A DNA stretch of 64,000 nucleotides from an uncultured Roseobacteraceae bacterium (GCA_964394585.1 CAYMYI010000001.1:8713-72712), one strand, 5' to 3'. Positions 17,252-27,453 are shown, counted from the first letter of the stretch. Numbers and translations are program-made. Notes: generated from the letters alone by a model not told the origin.

Positions 17252-18790
17252 TTAGCGTAGTATCATCAAATAGCCTTTTAGTGGGGGTAGGCCGCTTTCA
17301 AATTCTATGGTATAGAAATAAGTGCCATCGGCTAAGTTAGCACCTCCCCAATCGCTTTGATAATTGGTAGACTCAAACACAAGATTCCCCCATTGGTTGT
17401 ACACTTTTATAGTATGCCCGGCTGCTTGGTCGATGTTATCGATAATCCAAACATCGTTAAAGCCATCGGCATTGGGCGAAATCCCTGTGTGGACGTCTAA
17501 TGGTGGAATTACTCGGATAGTTACCGAATCGGTATTGGTACAGCCATCCTGATCGGTTACTTCGAGCACTACGGTATATTCTCCTTGTTCGGTGTAGCGG
17601 TTGACGGGCGTTGGGGTAATGGCAAAGCTGCTATCGCCTAAGTTCCACAGGTAGGAGGCGGCGTTCTGGTCGCTAACAGCAGAAAAGTTTACAGTTAAGG
17701 GGGCATATCCAATTAAAGGGGTTGCTTGAATTTCTGCAGGCACTACGCCCTCTTTCAGGTTCACGAAAAAAGGGACTGGTTCGCTTTCGATATCGTTTAT
17801 GGTTTGAGTTACATACAGCGTATCGGGTACTGTTTCCGGCTGGTAGATTTGCCCTGTGGTGAGCAACTCGTTCAAGCCTGCATCGGCATACCAACGTACA
17901 TTTAACCCATTGGCACTGGCAATCGGGATTGGCGTGTTTTGGCATACCACGATGGGAGAATTTATCGTTGGAGGGGCTACGGTATCAATACTAGGAATTG
18001 CGAAGGGAAACGTGATATTGCAGCCGTTGGCATCTTGCACAATAAGGGTGTAGTTACCCTCGGCGAGGTTATCAAATAACGGCTGGCTTTGAAAAGGCCC
18101 TCCATCGAGCGAGTAGGTTGTAGGAGCATCGCCCCCTTGTACTTCATCGATTTGGATACTTCCGTTCGCTGCTCCAATTAACGATGGGGTTATGGTAGTG
18201 GCACTTACACTGAACGGGCCATCTACTACGGTTTCGTTTCCATTTTTGCAGCCATCGCAATAAGTGGGTTCTATCGGCGCGACCCTTAAAGAAAAAGTTC
18301 CCTCTTCAAGATCGCTTTGTGAACCCACAATGATGTAAAACTCTTGGCGATTTTCCACACATGTTAACCCTGTGAAAAGCGCCATGCTATCGGCTGAAGC
18401 GCAGGCATCGGAACCCAAAAACCACTGCCCTACCCCCCCGCAAACGTCAGGGGTCATTAGCGCAACGTTTAATCGGGCATTGTCTTCAGGGATAATATCG
18501 ACGCGCATACCTCGGATGAAGGGCGTATCCAACGTAAAACGAAAATAAACAGTATTTTGCCAGGGATCTTCGCCTAAGCAACTCCCATTTAAAAATGTAT
18601 TTTCGGAAGTGGCTCCTACATTCGATACACTGTTCAGTTCGAGTACTTCTTGGGTGCGCACTACGCCCAAATCTGTTGCATTGCAGGGCAAGTCGTTGAT
18701 GGGAGCCTGTCCATAAACGGTAGTGGATATTATGACCGAAACGAACAGAAATAAAAACAAAATGCGAAAAGGAGTGATAGAAAATGCCAT
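17252..18790 (-). CDS. Secreted surface protein with SprB-type repeat, Ig-like and PKD domains, and a T9SS type-B (CHU_C) C-terminal sorting domain
   Basis: Signal peptide; PKD motif (YLWNLGDSS...GEYTVVLEVTDQDGC); C-terminal GISPNADGFNDVWIIDNI...YNQWGNLVF...DGTYFYTIEF...KGYLMILR, typical of the gliding-motility C-terminal domain. Confidence 0.8.
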   Translation of the reverse strand: MAFSITPFRILFLFLFVSVIISTTVYGQAPINDLPCNATDLGVVRTQEVLELNSVSNVGATSENTFLNGSCLGEDPWQNTVYFRFTLDTPFIRGMRVDIIPEDNARLNVALMTPDVCGGVGQWFLGSDACASADSMALFTGLTCVENRQEFYIIVGSQSDLEEGTFSLRVAPIEPTYCDGCKNGNETVVDGPFSVSATTITPSLIGAANGSIQIDEVQGGDAPTTYSLDGGPFQSQPLFDNLAEGNYTLIVQDANGCNITFPFAIPSIDTVAPPTINSPIVVCQNTPIPIASANGLNVRWYADAGLNELLTTGQIYQPETVPDTLYVTQTINDIESEPVPFFVNLKEGVVPAEIQATPLIGYAPLTVNFSAVSDQNAASYLWNLGDSSFAITPTPVNRYTEQGEYTVVLEVTDQDGCTNTDSVTIRVIPPLDVHTGISPNADGFNDVWIIDNIDQAAGHTIKVYNQWGNLVFESTNYQSDWGGANLADGTYFYTIEFESGLPPLKGYLMILR

Positions 18791-19046
18791 AAGGATACCG
18801 GATTGCTATACCTTACAAAAATCGGCAAATTTTACGCCTTTTCGGCAAAAAGTAGGAAAGCAATCGGCAGAGGAGTACTGCGCTATGGGCATACGGATGA
18901 ATCTCTGATAGGAAAATACGCTTTTTGCGTGTAAAAAATGCCCATACTGCTTATATTCAAAATAATTACAAACGGATTATAGCATGTATTTCTAAATTGT
19001 AGGATGCTACTTCCATCAATCTATTATTCAAATAATACTGCAAAAC

Positions 19047-20759
19047 ATGAAAAAAATTCAACTATTCGCACTGATTTTTCTGTTGAGTGCCTTAGGCTGC
19101 GAGCCACCGAAAGATACTACTGATACCCCTACAGAAGGGCGCTTGCCCGATGTAAGTGCCCAAGCCCCTACGAATGTTCCATTTACTTGGGATAACGCTA
19201 ATATCTATTTTTTACTGACCGACCGGTTCAATAATGGCAGTACGGAAAACGATGTAAATTTCGGGCGCGATGGCGAAACCGGTGTATTACGAGGATTTAT
19301 GGGAGGCGACCTTAAAGGAATTACTCAAAAGATAGAAGAAGGCTACTTTACAAAGTTGGGGATTTCTGCCATTTGGTTTACCCCAATCGTAGAACAGATT
19401 CACGAGGGAGTAGATGAAGGTACAGGAGCTACGTATGGTTTCCACGGATATTGGACAAAAGATTGGACTACGCTCGACCCTAACTTTGGCACGTTCGAAG
19501 ACCTTAGCGAATTGGTAGAAAAAGCACATGCCAACGGAATCCGAATCATCTTAGATGTGGTAGTCAACCATACCGGCCCTGTAACTGAGAAAGATCCTGT
19601 GTGGGAAAATTGGGTACGCACCGAACCGCAGTGTACCTATCAAGATTACGAGACGACGGTTTCGTGTACGCTCGTAAAAAACCTTCCCGATGTGTTAACC
19701 AATAGCGACGAGGAAGTAGGCATTCCGCCTCACCTTGAAGCAAAGTGGAAAGAAGAAGGGCGCTACGAACAAGAAATTGCAGAACTCGATGCGTTTTTTG
19801 AACGGACAGGGTATCCGCGTGCTCCTCGCTTTTACATCATCAAATGGCTCACCGATTACATCCGAGAGTTTGGCGTAGATGGTTTTCGGGTAGATACCGT
19901 GAAACATACTGAAGAAAGCGTATGGGGCGAATTGTGGAAAGAGGCATTGGCGGCTTTTCAGCAATGGAAAACAGAAAACCCAGATAAAGTAATGGACGAT
20001 AACGAATTCTATATGATGGGCGAAGTCTACGGATATGGCATTTCAGGAGGAAGAATGTACGATTTCGGCGATAAAAACGTCGATTATTTCGCTGAAGGCT
20101 TTAAAAGCCTCATCAATTTTGAATTTAAATACGATGCTAACGAAAAATCGTACGAAGAGATTTACACAAAATACGATAGCCTACTGCGCACCAAATTACC
20201 TGAACACAATGTGGTGAACTATCTTTCTTCGCACGACGACGGCAGCCCTTTTGATGCTCAGCGCACGAAGCCCTTCGAAGCGGCTAATAAATTACTGCTT
20301 GCCCAGGGTGCTGCGCAGGTGTACTACGGCGATGAAAGTAGCCGATCGTTAATCGTTGAAGGAACAGAGGGAGATGCTACGCTGCGCTCGTTCATGAATT
20401 GGGAAGAAATTGAAGAAAATGCGACACGTGGCAACCAAGAAATTATTGATGTGCTCATCCATTGGCAAAAGCTAGGGCAATTCCGCAAAGCCCACCCAGC
20501 AATTGGCGCAGGAGCACACGAAATGCTCTCAGAGAAACCCTATGTATTTAAGCGCATTTACCAACAAGGCGATTGGCTCGATAAAGTAGTGGTTGGACTC
20601 GATATGCCTGAAGGCGAAAAAAACTTACCAGTAACCGGTGTATTTGCCGAAGGTACTGAACTCACCGATGCGTATTCAGGCAAACGGGCAACCGTTACAA
20701 ACGGAACCGTTACGCTCGATACCCGACACAGTGTAGTACTACTCCACCAAGACTTGTAA
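19047..20759 (+). CDS. GH13 alpha-amylase family lipoprotein
   Basis: Lipobox LSALGC, and GH13 conserved regions DVVVNHTG, GFRVDTVKH, MMGEVY and YLSSHDD. Confidence 0.85.
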   Translation: MKKIQLFALIFLLSALGCEPPKDTTDTPTEGRLPDVSAQAPTNVPFTWDNANIYFLLTDRFNNGSTENDVNFGRDGETGVLRGFMGGDLKGITQKIEEGYFTKLGISAIWFTPIVEQIHEGVDEGTGATYGFHGYWTKDWTTLDPNFGTFEDLSELVEKAHANGIRIILDVVVNHTGPVTEKDPVWENWVRTEPQCTYQDYETTVSCTLVKNLPDVLTNSDEEVGIPPHLEAKWKEEGRYEQEIAELDAFFERTGYPRAPRFYIIKWLTDYIREFGVDGFRVDTVKHTEESVWGELWKEALAAFQQWKTENPDKVMDDNEFYMMGEVYGYGISGGRMYDFGDKNVDYFAEGFKSLINFEFKYDANEKSYEEIYTKYDSLLRTKLPEHNVVNYLSSHDDGSPFDAQRTKPFEAANKLLLAQGAAQVYYGDESSRSLIVEGTEGDATLRSFMNWEEIEENATRGNQEIIDVLIHWQKLGQFRKAHPAIGAGAHEMLSEKPYVFKRIYQQGDWLDKVVVGLDMPEGEKNLPVTGVFAEGTELTDAYSGKRATVTNGTVTLDTRHSVVLLHQDL

Positions 20760-20786
20760 GCCCATCGGCAAATCTTCCGTGAAAAT

Positions 20787-20826
20787 CCCCTCGGATGTTT
20801 ATAATGCGCTGAGGGGATTTTACATT
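20787..20826 (+). terminator. Intrinsic terminator after the amylase gene
   Basis: CCCCTCGG (20787-20794) pairs with CTGAGGGG (20809-20816) as 8 bp including one G-U pair. It is followed by the T-rich ATTTTACATTT. Confidence 0.55.
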
Positions 20827-20856
20827 TACAGATTGATAAAATGGAAACAACTTTAT

Positions 20857-22680
20857 ATGGACTCCTCCATTCTGGCGCAAACCATTGCCCAATTACAGCA
20901 ACTGGTTACCGATGCTAAAAACCTTGAACTAGAGCACCAAGAACGGCTCAACCGAGTACACCCCAAATGGCGTGACAGTGCTGCTAATTTATTACACTAT
21001 CGGGCTTTGCGGCGGCACGATATCCGCCAACTGCAAATTACTCTTTCCAAATTGGGGATGTCGCGGCTTGCAAAAGCTGAAGCGCATATTTTGCCGAGTG
21101 TGGAGGCTACTATTGCCATCTTGCAAAATTTTTTGCAGGCTAATCCGCTCGATTTGCAAAGCATCCCCTCCGAAAAAATTGAACTTGGAGGTACGTTATT
21201 AAAAGAGCACTCCGAAGCGTTGCTGGGCAAAACACCGCCTAATCGGAATGTGAGCATCATGGTAACTCAACCCACCGAAGCGGCTCACTCCCAAGAAATT
21301 GCCGATAAAATGCTTGCCGCCGGGCTAGATTGTGCTCGCATTAATTGTGCCCACGATACGCCCCACGATTGGAAAACAATGGTGCAATTTATTAAGGCAA
21401 GTGGGCACCAGCGCGGAAAAGAAGTAAAAATCTGTATGGACTTGGCAGGGCCTAAAATTCGAACCGGTGCCGTGCAGCCCGGTCCGCATGTGGTACGATT
21501 TAAGGCTCAAAAAAACGAAAAAGGAGAGGTAGTAATGCCTGCTCGTTTCTATCTACAACCCGAAACCACTCCCCCCGCTCCAGAATCAGTACCCGTCCCT
21601 GAGTCTTTTTTACAAGAACTAAGAGAAGGCACTACCTTGAAACTCCGCGATGCCCGCCAGAAAAAGAGAGTACTCTATGTAGAAGCAGTAGAAGAGCAGA
21701 AAGTAACCGTAGTATGCCACAAAACCGTGTACTTAGAAACTGGCACACGCCTATCTCTTAAAAAGAAAAAAACAGAAATAGTTGGCACCATAGGCGCATT
21801 GCCTGCTGTAGAAATGCCCCTTGTATTGCAAACAGGCGATGTGCTGTTGCTTACCAAATCGAATGCCCCGGGCATGCCTGCCGAGTACGACGATGCCGGA
21901 GACCTAATCCGCCCAGCGTTTATCTCGTGCACTGCCCCCCACGTATTCTACGATTTGAAAGCAGGGGAAACCGTTTTGTTCGACGATGGTAAAATCGCCG
22001 GCATTATCCAAAGTGTTTCTATCGAAGAAGTGAATGTTCGCATCACACATACGCCTCCTAATGGTGGTAAACTACGCGCCGATAAGGGCATTAACTTTCC
22101 GCAGAGCAACTTAAAAATCAGTGGGTTGACTCCTAAAGATATTACAGACCTCGATTTTGTTGCCGAATATGCCGATGTGGTGAATCTTTCGTTTGTGAAC
22201 CGTGCATCCGATGTAGAACGCTTGCGCGAAGAACTCGCCCGATGCAATGCCACCGAAAAGGTGGGTATCATCTTAAAAATTGAAACTGTAACGGGCTACA
22301 ATCAACTTACCGATATTTTGCTCACCGCTATGCAACACTATCCGCTGGGCGTAATGATTGCCCGTGGCGATTTGGCTATAGAAGCTGGCTGGCAAAATCT
22401 CGGGCGCATGCAAGAAGAAATTCTTTCCCTTTGCCATGCGGCACATATTCCGTTGGTGTGGGCCACTCAAGTGCTCGAAACACTCGCAAAAAAAGGCATT
22501 CCTTCCAGAGCAGAACTTACCGATGCAACCATGGCACAACGCACCGAATGCGTAATGCTCAACAAAGGCCCCAATATTGTAGAAGCCATTGGGATGCTTG
22601 CAAATATTTTAGTCGATATGGCATCGTACCAAAATAAAAAGGCGGCTATGCTTCCGCCTATGGCAAAAGCAAATGGGTAA
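20857..22680 (+). CDS. Pyruvate kinase family protein, long non-canonical form
   Basis: PK core motifs are present: SIMVTQPT, ARINCAHD, MDLAGPKIRTG, GVMIARGDLAIE, PSRAELTDA. There is an N-terminal extension of about 165 aa and no C-terminal allosteric domain. The start is set at ATG 20857 because the longer ORF would run through the terminator hairpin. Confidence 0.7.
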   Translation: MDSSILAQTIAQLQQLVTDAKNLELEHQERLNRVHPKWRDSAANLLHYRALRRHDIRQLQITLSKLGMSRLAKAEAHILPSVEATIAILQNFLQANPLDLQSIPSEKIELGGTLLKEHSEALLGKTPPNRNVSIMVTQPTEAAHSQEIADKMLAAGLDCARINCAHDTPHDWKTMVQFIKASGHQRGKEVKICMDLAGPKIRTGAVQPGPHVVRFKAQKNEKGEVVMPARFYLQPETTPPAPESVPVPESFLQELREGTTLKLRDARQKKRVLYVEAVEEQKVTVVCHKTVYLETGTRLSLKKKKTEIVGTIGALPAVEMPLVLQTGDVLLLTKSNAPGMPAEYDDAGDLIRPAFISCTAPHVFYDLKAGETVLFDDGKIAGIIQSVSIEEVNVRITHTPPNGGKLRADKGINFPQSNLKISGLTPKDITDLDFVAEYADVVNLSFVNRASDVERLREELARCNATEKVGIILKIETVTGYNQLTDILLTAMQHYPLGVMIARGDLAIEAGWQNLGRMQEEILSLCHAAHIPLVWATQVLETLAKKGIPSRAELTDATMAQRTECVMLNKGPNIVEAIGMLANILVDMASYQNKKAAMLPPMAKANG

Positions 22681-22736
22681 TTCAACTAAAATGTATGTGA
22701 TTTGAGGACTCCTCAACAATCCAATTAGCCTTGAGT

Positions 22737-23306
22737 CTATTTCCTCTCTTTCTCCTTAGGTGTGCCCGAAAGGATGCGTTCAATTTGCCACATATGCCGT
22801 TCGTTGTGGTAAATCACAATGCGCAGGGTATCGCCCAAACGCAATTTAGGGTACTTTCCCAAGGTGGTACTAGTTCGAACCGTTTGCAAATCGACGTTCG
22901 CCGCCTGATTTAGTAGCCGTTGCCACTCTTCGAGCTGCTGTTCAAACGCTTTCAATACGTCCAAATTTAAAGCACTTCCAGCAGGGTTTTTACTTTTAAA
23001 TGTGTTCATTTTTTTCATCTGAGGGCCGGGGAGCATACTTTGGGCAAAGTAATTTCCTACCCATCCGCTTGTAAAAGTTGGGCGAGGTGTGTGCTTGGCA
23101 CTTTGTATGCGCTGTGTTACTTCAGGTAAATAGAAATTCCCGTATCGCACTAGATGTTCTAGGCACTCTAGCACACTCCAAGTGGCTAAGTCGGGTTTCC
23201 AATTGAGGGTAGGCTCAGGGAGTAGTGCAAAATGAGCCAATTCTTCAAGGTGTTTTTCTATATACTGATTCAGCTCGCTAAGAAGTTGTGAAGAGGCGGT
23301 TTTCAT
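22737..23306 (-). CDS. DinB-family protein
   Basis: Four-helix DinB_2-like pattern with WSVLECLEHLVRYGNFY and IVIYHNERHMWQIERI (His triad). Confidence 0.65.
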   Translation of the reverse strand: MKTASSQLLSELNQYIEKHLEELAHFALLPEPTLNWKPDLATWSVLECLEHLVRYGNFYLPEVTQRIQSAKHTPRPTFTSGWVGNYFAQSMLPGPQMKKMNTFKSKNPAGSALNLDVLKAFEQQLEEWQRLLNQAANVDLQTVRTSTTLGKYPKLRLGDTLRIVIYHNERHMWQIERILSGTPKEKERK

Positions 23307-23383
23307 GGTTTTTACGTTAGGATGAATGAACTATTGAGATACTCAAAGGTGTGGAAAAGCCTCGGTAAAAATCTTGACGCCTG

Positions 23384-23923
23384 TCAAGATTTCTGAAGGC
23401 GTGATAAAGTTTCAGGCGACATACGCAAATACGAAGCGATGTATTTATGGGGTACTTCCTGAAATAAATGAGGGCTTCGTTCCAAAACGCGCTCGTATCG
23501 TTCCACCGGCGAGGTGATTAATAAATCGTTTTCGCGTTCCATCTGTTGCACCACAAAGCCTTCTAACAATTGAACCCAAGTATTGAGGCGCTCTGGGGTA
23601 CTGTATACAAAAGTCTTGAAAGTCTGCTTATCGATTACCTTGAGTGTGGCTTTTTTTAGTACCTGAATGTATAACCCAGAGGGTCGATCGGTGAGAAATG
23701 AGTCAAGTGCCGCAATGATATCCCCCCGATAGCCAAACCGAATGGTTTGTTCTTTTCCATCATCTAACCTAAACACATGCAATGTGCCTTGCTCTACAAA
23801 GTACAAACGGGTGTCGGTAGTGCCACCTACTTTAAGAAACTCTTGACGCGTCACTGTTACTTGAGTTTGCCAAAGCTGCTCAAGCTCAATTTGTTCTACA
23901 AGGGTGGCTATAGGGTTCATCAT
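23384..23923 (-). CDS. Crp/Fnr-family transcriptional regulator
   Basis: cNMP-binding-like beta-barrel (LYFVEQGTLHVF...IRFGYRGDII) plus a C-terminal HTH (YIASYLRMSPETLSRL). Confidence 0.8.
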   Translation of the reverse strand: MMNPIATLVEQIELEQLWQTQVTVTRQEFLKVGGTTDTRLYFVEQGTLHVFRLDDGKEQTIRFGYRGDIIAALDSFLTDRPSGLYIQVLKKATLKVIDKQTFKTFVYSTPERLNTWVQLLEGFVVQQMERENDLLITSPVERYERVLERSPHLFQEVPHKYIASYLRMSPETLSRLQKS

Positions 23924-23927
23924 ACAA

Positions 23928-24473
23928 CTAGGCTACTATCACCTGAGAAAGCTTGGCATCGTGCGACTCTATGGGCACATCTGGCAGACGTTGAAACCAA
24001 AATCCCACGCCTATTTGCAAAGCATGAGGGTGTTGTGCCAAAAAGCGATCGTAATAGCCCCCTCCATATCCTAAACGGTAACCTTCTTTTGAAAATGCAA
24101 GGCCGGGTACTATAATCGCGTCGAGTACCCCTTTGTATTCCACTTCGGGTGTAGGGAATTGTGTGCCGTATTTTCCTTTTACCAAACTACTGAGGGAAGA
24201 AAGCTGCAAGTGTTTTAACGTCTGGTGGGGAAGTGTCTTGGGAATTATAACGGTTATCTGCTCCTCCAAAAGGCGCTCTACCAAGGGAAGAATATTAATT
24301 TCGCTACGAATCGGTAAAAACGTATGGACCGTTTTGATTTCTGCCTCCCGAAGTGCATTCCACAACTGATGAACCACCGCTGCCGAACGTTGTGCATGTT
24401 CTTCTGGCGAGAGTCCGTTGCGTAAATAAAGCATTTTTTGCCGTATCGATTGTTTGGTAAGAGCCTCAAGCAT
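23928..24473 (-). CDS. 5-formyltetrahydrofolate cyclo-ligase
   Basis: IVPGLAFSKEGYRLGYGGGYYDRFL signature. 181 aa. Confidence 0.85.
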   Translation of the reverse strand: MLEALTKQSIRQKMLYLRNGLSPEEHAQRSAAVVHQLWNALREAEIKTVHTFLPIRSEINILPLVERLLEEQITVIIPKTLPHQTLKHLQLSSLSSLVKGKYGTQFPTPEVEYKGVLDAIIVPGLAFSKEGYRLGYGGGYYDRFLAQHPHALQIGVGFWFQRLPDVPIESHDAKLSQVIVA

Positions 24474-24635
24474 GATGTGTAGCAGGGTTTATCTGATATG
24501 AGGATTTTTTTTACTTGATTATCAAGGATGTGCAATGCTATATTTTTCCCAACCAATTTATTTTGAGTGTATACCCGATTGCGCAATGGCAACCGTTGAT
24601 GGGTTACTCAAGAAACAGGCTATCCAAAATTCTGT

Positions 24636-24667
24636 AAAAAAAAAGAGGGAGCCTGAGCTTCTCCCCC
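24636..24667 (-). terminator. Weak intrinsic terminator after the aminotransferase gene
   Basis: On the minus strand, a GGGAG/CTCCC 5-bp stem with a 9-nt loop is followed by TC plus T9. The stem is short. Confidence 0.35.
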
Positions 24668-24675
24668 TGTTCGAG

Positions 24676-25869
24676 TTATTTTAAAGCATTGAGGGCTTCT
24701 CCGATACGCCGAACGGCTTCTTTCAATTCCTCATCAGAAGCTGCGAATGAAATTCGAATACATTCCGGGGCACCAAATGCCGAACCAGTAACTACCGAAA
24801 CATGTGCTTTATTGAGCAGGTACATGGCTAAATCGTCGCTATTGGCAATGGTTTGTTCTCCATCAGATTTTCCAAAAAAAGCACTTACATCGGGGAAAAT
24901 ATAAAATGCTCCTTCTGGCGTATTTGTTTTAACTCCATCAATGGCATCGAGCAATCCTTTTACCAAATCGCGACGGCGCAGATAGGCTTCTTTCATCGCT
25001 TCTGAAGCCTCCATTCCTCCCTTCAAAGCGGCAATTGCTGCACGTTGAGCAATAGAATTGGTGCCTGAGGTAATCTGCCCTTGCAATTTATTACAAGCCT
25101 GTGCGATCCACTCAGGTGCTGCGATATAGCCCAAGCGCCAGCCGGTCATGGCATAGCCCTTAGAAAAGCCATTTACGATAATGGTACGATCTTTCAGGAA
25201 GTCGAATTCTGCGATACTGGCGTGCTTCCCTCCAAAATTGATAAACTCATAAATTTCATCAGAAATAATATAAACATTCGGATGGTCTTTCAAAACGTCT
25301 GCCAATGCGGCGAGCTCTTCTTTCTGGAATACGGTGCCCGTGGGGTTACAAGGCGACGAAAACAGAATGGCTTTGGTCTTTGGGTTGATTGCCTCTTTCA
25401 ACTGAGCCGCATTCACTTTAAAATCAGTTTCGATACTTCCTTTTAGAAATACAGGAACCCCCTCTGCAAGTTTTACTTGTTCGCTATAGGTTACCCAATA
25501 AGGCGTAAATACAATCACTTCTTCGCCCGGATTCACCAAGCTAAGCAATACGTTGGCAATCGATTGTTTTGCCCCTGTTGAAACCACAATGTTATTAGCC
25601 TTGTACGACAACCCATTGTCGCGCTGTAATTTTTCAGCAATCGCTTCGCGAAGGTCTTGGTAGCCAGGTACTGGTGGGTATGCAAAATATTTCCCGGATT
25701 GAATTGCTTCAATCGCGGCTTCTTGTATATGTTGAGGCGTTGGGAAGTCGGGCTCTCCCAAGTTGAGTTTAATTACCTCAATGCCTTTCGCTTGCAACTC
25801 ACGGGCTTTTACAGCCATTGCCAGCGTTGCTGATTCTGAAAGAGCGTTTAAACGGTTCGAAACTTGCAT
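24676..25869 (-). CDS. Class I PLP-dependent aminotransferase (aspartate aminotransferase-like)
   Basis: NPTG, the SKGYAMTGWRLGY Lys motif, and a CIRISFA C-terminal region. 397 aa. Confidence 0.9.
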   Translation of the reverse strand: MQVSNRLNALSESATLAMAVKARELQAKGIEVIKLNLGEPDFPTPQHIQEAAIEAIQSGKYFAYPPVPGYQDLREAIAEKLQRDNGLSYKANNIVVSTGAKQSIANVLLSLVNPGEEVIVFTPYWVTYSEQVKLAEGVPVFLKGSIETDFKVNAAQLKEAINPKTKAILFSSPCNPTGTVFQKEELAALADVLKDHPNVYIISDEIYEFINFGGKHASIAEFDFLKDRTIIVNGFSKGYAMTGWRLGYIAAPEWIAQACNKLQGQITSGTNSIAQRAAIAALKGGMEASEAMKEAYLRRRDLVKGLLDAIDGVKTNTPEGAFYIFPDVSAFFGKSDGEQTIANSDDLAMYLLNKAHVSVVTGSAFGAPECIRISFAASDEELKEAVRRIGEALNALK

Positions 25870-25894
25870 ATAATTGCTACTTTTTTTGGATGAA

Positions 25895-25934
25895 ATTGAA
25901 AAAAACTTCTCATAGCAGTTGCCATCGAGAAGTT
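25895..25934 (-). terminator. Intrinsic terminator closing the xrtF-traB/gumN transcription unit
   Basis: On the minus strand, AACTTCTC (complement of 25927-25934) pairs with GAGAAGTT (complement of 25904-25911). The 8-bp stem has a 15-nt loop and is followed by TTTTTCAATTT. Confidence 0.6.
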
Positions 25935-26001
25935 ACCTATGAATTAGTAAAATTAGAGATTCCCTGTATTTAAGCAAGCCCAGTTTTCGCTTACGCTTGC
26001 T

Positions 26002-26865
26002 TTATTTCTTAATGGGAGATACCGTAAAGCCTTGCAACCTAAGCAACGCCACTACACCTTCAGTGCCGGGCAGATGCGCCGCACCCACTCCAATAAAAAC
26101 ACGTTGGTTGGGTAACATTTTCGCAATGCGTTCTGCCATTTTTTGGTTTCGCTGAATAAGCAACACATCCCCAAGCTCCTCTCCATACGTTTCGAACGTC
26201 ATCGTATACAGACTATCCAGGTTTTCCGTTACATACAGTTCGATAAGATCATCGGTAGGATTTCCATCTTCGTCAGCAGCGTTCTGTAGCTCTTCGTAAA
26301 GCATATCTGCCTGCAATTGCAGAGGGATGCTATTAAATGCCGCCAATTGTTCGTCGAACGTTTCCAGCCCTACCACTTGTATCCCTTTTTCTTTGGCTAC
26401 TTCTTGAAAATGCAAATCGATTGGCAATTTATCGGATTGGAGCATATCTGTATCCGACATCAAAACCGATACAAAAATGGGTTTCATGCGTTCGGTAAAG
26501 CTTGCCATGATTCCCAATTTTTCATCCAACAAAGGCTTCACAAAGGCATACTGTTCTTTCGAGAGCAAATCGGAAAGAGTTGTATCGCCGGGCATAAACA
26601 GATGGCTCATCATTTCCATGTTCATGCCTTGGTCAAACTTTAACTCTCCGGCAAATACTTCGCATTGCTCGAAAAATGGCATAGCTCGTTCACTGGCTCG
26701 ATACACGCGCTCGTCGTTCACATGCATAGTCCCATAGAGGTACGAGGGCTGCATAAGTCCATTCCCACTAATTTCCCATAGAAGCTGGGCGTTTGTGGGC
26801 AACGCTACCCATAGATAACCGAAAAGGAAGCAGAATATGCGAATACATTGCAGAAATCTATGCAT
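26002..26865 (-). CDS. TraB/GumN-family protein (Tiki-like putative protease superfamily)
   Basis: Signal peptide, then LLWEISGNGLMQPSYLYGTMHV and C-terminal VFIGVGAAHLPG, both typical of TraB/GumN. Confidence 0.75.
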   Translation of the reverse strand: MHRFLQCIRIFCFLFGYLWVALPTNAQLLWEISGNGLMQPSYLYGTMHVNDERVYRASERAMPFFEQCEVFAGELKFDQGMNMEMMSHLFMPGDTTLSDLLSKEQYAFVKPLLDEKLGIMASFTERMKPIFVSVLMSDTDMLQSDKLPIDLHFQEVAKEKGIQVVGLETFDEQLAAFNSIPLQLQADMLYEELQNAADEDGNPTDDLIELYVTENLDSLYTMTFETYGEELGDVLLIQRNQKMAERIAKMLPNQRVFIGVGAAHLPGTEGVVALLRLQGFTVSPIKK

Positions 26866-26937
26866 AATGAGGATTATTTATTCATTGGTGGAATTTCAGA
26901 AAAGACATCTTCAATTTTAAAATAAAGTAAATGATTG

Positions 26938-27453
26938 TTATAATTTTTGTTCAACCTTGTAGAGAATTATTCCTAAAAGACAAATAAGTGGGGTTGCAAA
27001 AAAACTAAACAGCTTGTATACCCAATAACTCCTCCAAGAAAGTTGTTCAACTTCGAACCATCCGAACGTATCTAATAAACTGTGTACTACATATAACACC
27101 ACCATCACTTTGATATATCGCTTTACAAATAAACGGTTTGGCACCACTAAAGCGAGTACAATTACATTAATAAGAAAATAAAAAAGGAAAAAAAGGCGAT
27201 GATTTACCCAGAAGGCAAAGCGCAAATTGATACCAACTTTATCAGGGCTAGCTAATGGTAATTTACCAAGCAGTACCCAAGTGTATTCGCTAAAAAAATA
27301 GCCCCAGCTCTTGGGTACTTTATCTCCAAAATAATACCCCCAAATCAACGCAATCCCCCAAACGGTTAGGGCAAAAAAAAGCTTACTATTTAGGTTTTGT
27401 TTTGTGATTTTTCCCACTTTACACCCGATAATTTTTCTACCCAAATAACCCAA
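26938..27453 (-). CDS. Exosortase F system-associated membrane protein
   Basis: Small 4-5 TM protein immediately downstream of and overlapping xrtF, as expected for the XrtF partner family. The start is uncertain: TTG at 27453 or GTG at 27417, with no ATG nearby. Confidence 0.6.
   Translation of the reverse strand: MGYLGRKIIGCKVGKITKQNLNSKLFFALTVWGIALIWGYYFGDKVPKSWGYFFSEYTWVLLGKLPLASPDKVGINLRFAFWVNHRLFFLFYFLINVIVLALVVPNRLFVKRYIKVMVVLYVVHSLLDTFGWFEVEQLSWRSYWVYKLFSFFATPLICLLGIILYKVEQKL

Noticed and set aside
22702-22716. Palindrome TTGAGGA-C-TCCTCAA between the convergent PK-like and DinB genes, considered as a bidirectional terminator.
   Set aside because: A 1-nt loop is sterically impossible. 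The realistic 5-bp stem has no flanking T- or A-tracts.
24474-24675. Possible 6S RNA gene upstream of 5-formyltetrahydrofolate cyclo-ligase (the ssrS-ygfA synteny known from E. coli).
   Set aside because: After the aminotransferase terminator only about 155 nt remain. I could not find the long closing stem between the 5' and 3' ends that a 6S RNA requires. A covariance-model search would be decisive.
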